Of a stretch of 64,000 bases of DNA, positions 57,852 through 64,000 are shown piece after piece. The stretch's first letter is position 1. Every line of letters starts with the position of its first letter. The notes below the pieces were generated by a model. That model had not been told where the DNA came from. It did no database searches and saw nothing but the letters and a program-made list of their open reading frames with translations. A program made the position numbers and the translations under genes. Origin of the DNA: Cyanophora paradoxa CCMP329 (lineage: Eukaryota; Plantae; Glaucophyta); contig QPMI01000496.1 of the NCBI GenBank assembly GCA_004431415.1, forward strand, positions 434,001 to 498,000. The letters run 5' to 3'.

Positions 57852-59836
57852 CTAGGGGGGCGGGGCGAGGCCGAGCTCGCGCCGGTAGCGCCCCAGCATG
57901 CTCTCGTTCCCGAGACTCCTGCCCGCCCCCGTCAGACCGGGCGGTGAGGATAGGGGCGGGGGGGCGGGGGAGGGGCGGGGCAGAAGGAGGAGGGGGTAGG
58001 GGTAGGCATGGGGTGGGTGGGGGTTGGGGGGTGAGGTGGGCGAGGGGGAGGGGGGCCTGGGGGGGGGGGCGAAGGGGAGGGTAGGGACAGGGTGGGGAGG
58101 GGCGGCGAGCAAAGAAGAGCAGTGGGGCCGGGAGGGACAGAGGGGCCTTAAGCGGGGGGTACCGCGGGCGCGGGCGAGAGAAAACGGGCCTCCCGTGTGG
58201 ACGTACAGGACGGCCGCCTCCCCCCCCGCGCTCAGGTCCTCGTATCCCCCCAGGAGTCCGAGGAGGGCCTGCGGGAAAGCGGGGTGGCTACGGCGTGAGG
58301 GAAGACGGGGGAGGGGGGGGGGGAAGAGTTTGAAGGGGGTAGAGCAGACTTTGGGGGCGTACAGGAGGTCGAAGAGGATCCCCGCGTCACGCGCCTCGGC
58401 GAAAATCTTTTATCGTGGTTCGGGGGGAACGAGTTGGGGGGGGGGGAGGACAGGGGTACGCCGCACTTCGAGAAGCTCGGGGTACGGCTTGCCGAACGCG
58501 TAGGCGCCGCCCCCCTCCCGGAAGACCTCCAGGACCTGCCCGGGGTACGAGATATGTGAGCGGCCGGCGGAGCGACGAGGAGGGGGGTACGGCGCGCGCG
58601 AACCTCGGGGAGTTTTCCCCCCCCGTCGCCGACGAGGGCCCGCCACTGGCTGCGCAGGTACCCCTCGTCCCCCACGCAGGGCACCGCCACGACCCGAACC
58701 CGCGGGCCCGAGTTCCGCGCGACGTACAGCGCCTGCGGGACGCGGGTTCGAATCCGGGCGGGGCCGGAAACGAAACGAAAGGAGCCGGACCGTCGAGCCA
58801 GTACCCGCGGGGCAGACGACCGAGAGGGATTCGAACCCCATCTCCCGCCTCCACTGCGCGCACGAAGATTAGCGCCGGATCAGATCCGATCAGACCAGAT
58901 GAGATCTGAGCCGCCTGCTCGATCTCGCCGGCCAGGTCCGCGAGGCCGGCCTCGGCCCCCGGGAAGGCCCCGCCCCGCTTCAGGAAGAGGGCATCCTCGC
59001 CGCAGGCCGCCCGCGCCTCCGCTGCAGCCGCCTCCAGCTGCCCCGGCGCGTGCTCCCGGATCTAAGGGGCAGGGAAGGAAGAGTTGGGAGCGGCCGGCGG
59101 CGAAGCGGGGCGGGGTGGGGCCGGAGGGGGGTACCTGCATGCCGAGCTCGAGGGCGCCCGCGAGGTTTCCTATGGGGTTGGACTTGAGCCACTTGGGGAG
59201 CGTCTGCGGGCGGGGAGGGCGGGTCGCGCGGGGCCGGCGCGCCGATCGAATCCGCGGATCGAATTTGCGCGCCTGCGTGTGGTACGTGAAGGGTACGCCG
59301 CAGTCGTGCGCGAGGGCGGCGATGGCGAGCATCGCGTTGCTCTGGTTCCCGCCTGCCGCGCGCGTGAGCCGCGGGGACGCATGCGCATCGGGGACGGGCG
59401 GGACGTGCGCACCGAACGAGACGATGGGGCGCCGCACGCTGGACTGGATCGTCGACTGCAGCTTCCTGCGGTGCTGTTAACCTGACGGAAACCGTGGCCC
59501 GCGCTTCGTAGACCGCATGCGCACCGCAGCTTGTTCCCTGCGTGTGGGAGTCAGCTGCGCGGGCGGGCGGGAAAGCGATGCATACGCGACCCACCCGGAT
59601 ACTTCTGGCTCAGAAGGTCGTCCCGCTTCACGTACAGCTTCCTGCCCCGGAGCGTGATGCCGTGCACTGCGCCCGCGGCGCCTCAGCCGCGCGGGCGGGT
59701 CGTCACCGCGCTCGCTTGCAGCACCCGGTGAGGCGATGTGCGTGTAGTCGGCGGGCGCGGTCCCGGCCGAGGCGCTCTGCTGGGAGTATGCTCGTCGAAG
59801 CGCGCAGCGGGCGCGCCTGGCGTGTCCGAAGATCAT
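57852..59836 (-). CDS. PLP-dependent D-cysteine desulfhydrase / ACC deaminase family protein, multi-exon
   Basis: LYVKRDDLL...SG/NKLR, IVSFG/GNQSNAMLAIA, GNLAGALELGM, AYAFGKP, GILFDLLYAPK, VLYVHTGG, GNESMLGRY. The Arg-rich N-terminus may be a targeting peptide; start tentative. Confidence 0.85.
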
Positions 59837-60179
59837 GATGTCCCCCCAAAAGGCCGACGCGCACCCGCGGAGGCCCCGGAGGCCCGCCGGGGCCCAATGC
59901 GCAAAGAACATTGCGGGGTACAGGCATCCGGCCGAGGTTGGCGACTCGAGCGCGCGTTCACCTAGTGCCTTCAGCGCGCGTATCGCTCTTCTCGGAGCGG
60001 ATCAGCGCATTCGTAGCTTTTCGGCCCGCCGTCTCCGGCTGGACCGAGACGACCCGCACGCGAACGCTCAGGCCGCCAGCCGCGGCCCGGCGGGTGCTCC
60101 CTTTTCGCGTCAGAGAGCACGATCTGTATTAGAAATCCCGTAGCGTCGCTCGGCGAGCGCAGCTCGGGCGAACAGGAAG

Positions 60180-62405
60180 ATGGCTGAACCTCGGAAGTGC
60201 TTCTTCTGCTCGGAGAACGGTTCCACAGCTAACCCCATGAAAGGTGCGCATTTTTAGGGCCACGGGAGCCGAGCGACCTTGCAGAAGTGGGCGCTCCTCG
60301 CGGCCGGCCCCGGCTACCGCGCCGGCGATGGCGCCGTACCGCGCCTCTTGCCTCGTGTCTGTGCGCCTCCCGATGCAGCCACTTACTTGCCGTCTCCAAC
60401 CGCGCAGATTACACTGCTCCCGAGGGACTCGAGAAGAAGGGGGCCAACCTGCCGCCCAAGACGGTCTTCATCCACGACGAGTGCCGCCTCTGGCTGCCCG
60501 ACCCGGACCTCGTGTCCGCGGTCCACCGCGCGTGGAAGGCGAGCTTGAAGTGCGCTGCGTGCAAGAAGGGGCGCGCGATGCACGGCTGCATGCAGAAGCG
60601 CTGCCAGAAGAGCTTCCACTTCCGCTGCTGCCCGTGCGCCTCCCGTCGCGCGCGCGCGCAGGCCGTGTCTTTTTCCGACGCACGCGCACGCGCAGGGGAA
60701 AAGACGAAAGATCGGGTTCGCGGCTCACGTTCTGCAAGGCGCATAACACGGACGAGTGCAAGTTCGACGTCTACCGGCAGAACTACTTTCACGAGAGCCC
60801 CGAGAACAGGGAGCGCATCGTCCGCATCCTCGAGGTCAGCTCCTATCTCTCTTGCATGCGCCGCGCCGCGCCTCGGCGGCGCCTGACGCCCCGGGGTACA
60901 GGAGGACGACCCGGGGGACCCGATCGTGCTCCGGCACAGGGGGATCGTCGGCGGCCCGTCGGCGTCGGCGTCGGCCGCGCCGCGTTCCTCCCCGCCGCCC
61001 GGCCGCACCAAGGCAAAGGAGAAGGGGCCGGCGGTCCCCGCCGCCTCCTCCTCCTCCGCGCGGGACGCCGCCTCGTCGGCCCGCGCTGCGAAGCGCCCAC
61101 GGGAGGAGCCCCTCAAGCAGAAGAAGCGGCCCCGCCGGGTCTCGATGCGGTCCTCTCTGGTGACGGAGACGGCGCCCGCGCAGCCGCCGCCGCAGCCGGC
61201 GCAGCGGGGCGACGAGGGGGAGGAGGGGGAGGAAGACGACGGGGGGTACGACGCGGGGTTCGACGGGGAGGGGTACGCCGAGGACGGGCAGGAGCCGTAC
61301 CCGGGCCCCGCCTCGCCGCCGGCTCCGCCGGCGCCTGCGCCCGCGGCGATCCCGCACCGGCACGGCCCCCCCTCCACCTCCTCTTCGACCGTACCCCCGC
61401 CGCCCGCTCCCCAGGGGCCCAGCGCCTCCTCCTCCTTCGAGCAGGCCAATTCTTCTACAAGACTCCCGTCGCCCACTCCGCAGAGGGTGCGCCTGCACCC
61501 CGAACCCCCGCGCCCCGCCCCGGTCTGCGCCGCCCCGCCTGACGGCGCCCTGCTGCCCGCAGGCCTCCCTCGCCCCGGCCGACCCGGGCCCGAGCCGGCG
61601 CGCCCCCGCCACCCCCTCGGCATCCTCCACCGCGGCCCTCCTTGCCGTCTCCCCGGGGGTTCCCACCCCGCAGCGCGCCCCGGCCCCGCCCGCCGTCTTC
61701 GTAGCCGTCCCCGCCCGCGCCTCCGCCCCCCCCGGCGCCCTGGTGGAGTCGTACCCCGGCGAGGGCGCCTTCCGGGCGGAGATCGCGGGGTACCGCAACA
61801 TTCTGGGGCCCGTCGGGGCCGAGATGCTTCGGGCTGCTTCCCTCGCGGCCGCCGCGGGGCGCGCGGAGCACGCGAGGGCCCAAAAGGAGAGCGCCGAGCT
61901 CGCGAAGGTCCCTACCCCCCTCTTACGCCGCTGTACCCCCGTGCTGAGCGGGGGGCGGGGCGAGCAGAAGGTGCACCACATCGAGGAGTTCCTGAAGGAG
62001 GCCCTCGGGGGGGATCCGGGGGCGGCGGGGGAGGCGGCGAGGCTGGGGGCCACCCTCAAGAAGCAGCAGGAGGAGTCGCGGCGGGCGGCCGAGGCCACCG
62101 GCAGGGCCGCCGCCCTCGTGCGTCGTACCCCCCCCCCTCTCTCTTCGAGCGCGCGAGTGACTGGCGATCAGGACAAGAAAGCGTCCCGAGCCGAGGCGAG
62201 GGCGCGGGCCCTTGTGGCCGCTCTGGGGCCCGGAGCCCCGCAGCCGGGCGCCGGGCCCAGCGGCGCCCCCGCAGAGAGCGCCGCAGCAGCAGGCGCTTCG
62301 GACGTGCTGAAGCTTCTGAAGGCGCACGAAGACCTGGAGCGGGCGTTCTCGGCCCTGGCGACGCTGTACAAGATTGACGTGCCCCGCCTGGGCCCCCCGC
62401 AGTAG
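60180..62405 (+). CDS. Extended-PHD (zf-HC5HC2H-like) zinc-finger protein with low-complexity C-terminus, multi-exon
   Basis: CFFC...IHDECRLW...KCAACKKGRAMHGCMQKRCQKSFHFRC...FCKAH; basic NLS-like KKRPRR. Confidence 0.75.
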
Positions 62406-62465
62406 ATTGAGCAATTCGAAGCATAGCTGATTCCAATAATTACACGAGGGACGTTCGAATTCGAG

Positions 62466-64000
62466 CTACGTGCGCCCCAGGGCCCGCGGGGGCCCGGCGA
62501 CGGTTGGCGGCGCTGCGGGGAAAGCGGCGGCGGCGGCGATGGCCCGGGGCACGGAGCTGGGCCTCTTGGCCCTGGGGCTCGGGGTACTGAAGGACGCGGA
62601 GCCGGAGAGGGCGGAGACGGCCGCCGTGGGCGCCGGCGCCGGCGCCGGCGCGAGGGCGGCCGAATTCGAAGCCACAGCGGCCGCCCTCGCCGCGAGCGCC
62701 GCGGCCGCCTCTGCCAGGGACCGCGCTCCGTAGCGGCCCCGCTCCGTTCCAGCGGGGGGCGCCGGGGCCGGGGCCGGGGCCGCCCGCGCCTCCTTCGCGC
62801 CCTCCTTCTCCGCCTTCTCCGCCCCAGGATCGCAGGTGGCCGCTGCTTGGGGCGCATCCTGCGCAGAAAGAAGCGCCTCAGGGGTGGGAAGGGGGGTGGA
62901 GGAGGAGGAGCTGCGGCGAAAGGAAGCGTACCCCCTTCTGCAGCTTGACGGCCTTCAGCAGGCCGGCCAGGACCTTGGCCCGCTCCGCGGACTCCGATCC
63001 CAGCAGCTTCTGCGGGAGAGACGTGAGAAAGGAGTACGCGAAAACTCAAGCCGGGCGGGGGGGGGGGGGTACGCGAACCTTGGAGGCAAGGATCTTGAGG
63101 ACGCGCGTCGTCTCCCGCTCGCCCTCCAGCGCCGCAGCCAGCCCCTCCACCGCCTCCTGTACCCCCCTCGAACGTCAAACCGCGTACCCCTGCTGAGCAA
63201 TGCAAGGGCGAACGGTGAGGGCCGTGTGTCTTGCCGAAGACTCGGCGCGCAGTGCGGAAAGAGAGGCCTGCAGCGGAAGGGGAGCGAGTGAGATTTGGGG
63301 GGTACGAGAGGCAAGGGGGGGAATCAAAAAAGGAGGGGGTACCTGAAGGGTGTCAACGCGGTCGTGGGCCATCGCTGTACCCCGCGCGTTCTCCCGGAGT
63401 TCGCGGATCCCCCGCTGCGCCTCGCTCTGGGAAAGGGGCACGCGTGTGAGTGAGGGGGGGCGGAAGAGGGACGGCGGTCGAGAGAGGGGCGCGCGGACCG
63501 CCAAAGACGCGGCCCTTGCCACGCCCGCGTCAAGCTCTTCCCTGTACCCCGCCACGGCCTCCCGCAGCCGGTCGCAGCGGCCCGACAGGCCCTCGATCTG
63601 TGGAGAGGAGGGCCGTGCTCAGCGAGGCGCTCGGGAACGCCCCCCCTCCCCTCGCCGCCGCACCAGGGCTTCGAGCCTTCGCACTTCCGAATCCACCACC
63701 CCCTCCCTCGACTCGAGCTCCGCCCGCGCCGCCCGCCGCGCCGCGTCGCGCGCCCACCCCTCCGCGTACTCCTGCGATGGAAGGGACGTTCGACCGGGTA
63801 CAGCGATTCGCGAGGGAGGGGGGTACGCGAACCTTGAGGGCGTCGCAGTGCTCGCGGACCTGCCGCTCCAGCACGGCGCACGCCTCTTTCAGCGCCTCCT
63901 CGTGCGCCTCTGCCGCGCCGGCGTCAGCGTCCGGTTCGAGAACGGCGTACCCCAGGCAGCGCGGGGACAGCGTACCCCTCTCCCGCGCGGACTGCGCGAG
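62466..64000 (-). CDS. 3' part of a coiled-coil protein of unknown function (5' end outside the window)
   Basis: Spliced helical exons (AHEEALKEACAVLERQVREHCDALK, YREELDAGVARAASLA, VQEAVEGLAAALEGERETTRVLKILASK) with GT-AG introns. Confidence 0.45.

Overview
GC-rich, intron-dense eukaryotic (protist/algal) genomic DNA with short GT...GCAG introns. The style is reminiscent of the glaucophyte Cyanophora, but that is a guess. The dominant feature is an AT-rich 11.8-kb endogenous Polinton-like DNA virus (13630-25452). It has perfect 241-bp TIRs and a 6-bp TSD (CACGAG), and encodes a packaging ATPase, major and minor capsid proteins, a protein-primed PolB polyprotein, an rve integrase and a tandem-DUF5710 protein, with no recognisable adenain protease. 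It is inserted into a coding exon of a host sAC-like cyclase-STAND-TPR gene. Downstream are: a 4.2-kb Helitron-type element with subterminal inverted repeats and a CTAG end (26703-30948); a DUF4062-NACHT-TPR gene in which each 42-aa TPR is its own 126-nt phase-0 exon; a TA-flanked MITE; and an 11.9-kb non-coding element with TOC1/PAT-like split direct repeats (A1...B1A2-spacer-B2) carrying 160-bp and 139-bp satellites. The rest is ordinary host genes (TmcB-like, claudin-like, LRR, D-cysteine desulfhydrase-like, ePHD). Most long ORFs in the supplied track over GC-rich regions are spurious. All family assignments are from motif recognition by eye, not database searches, and host exon boundaries are approximate.
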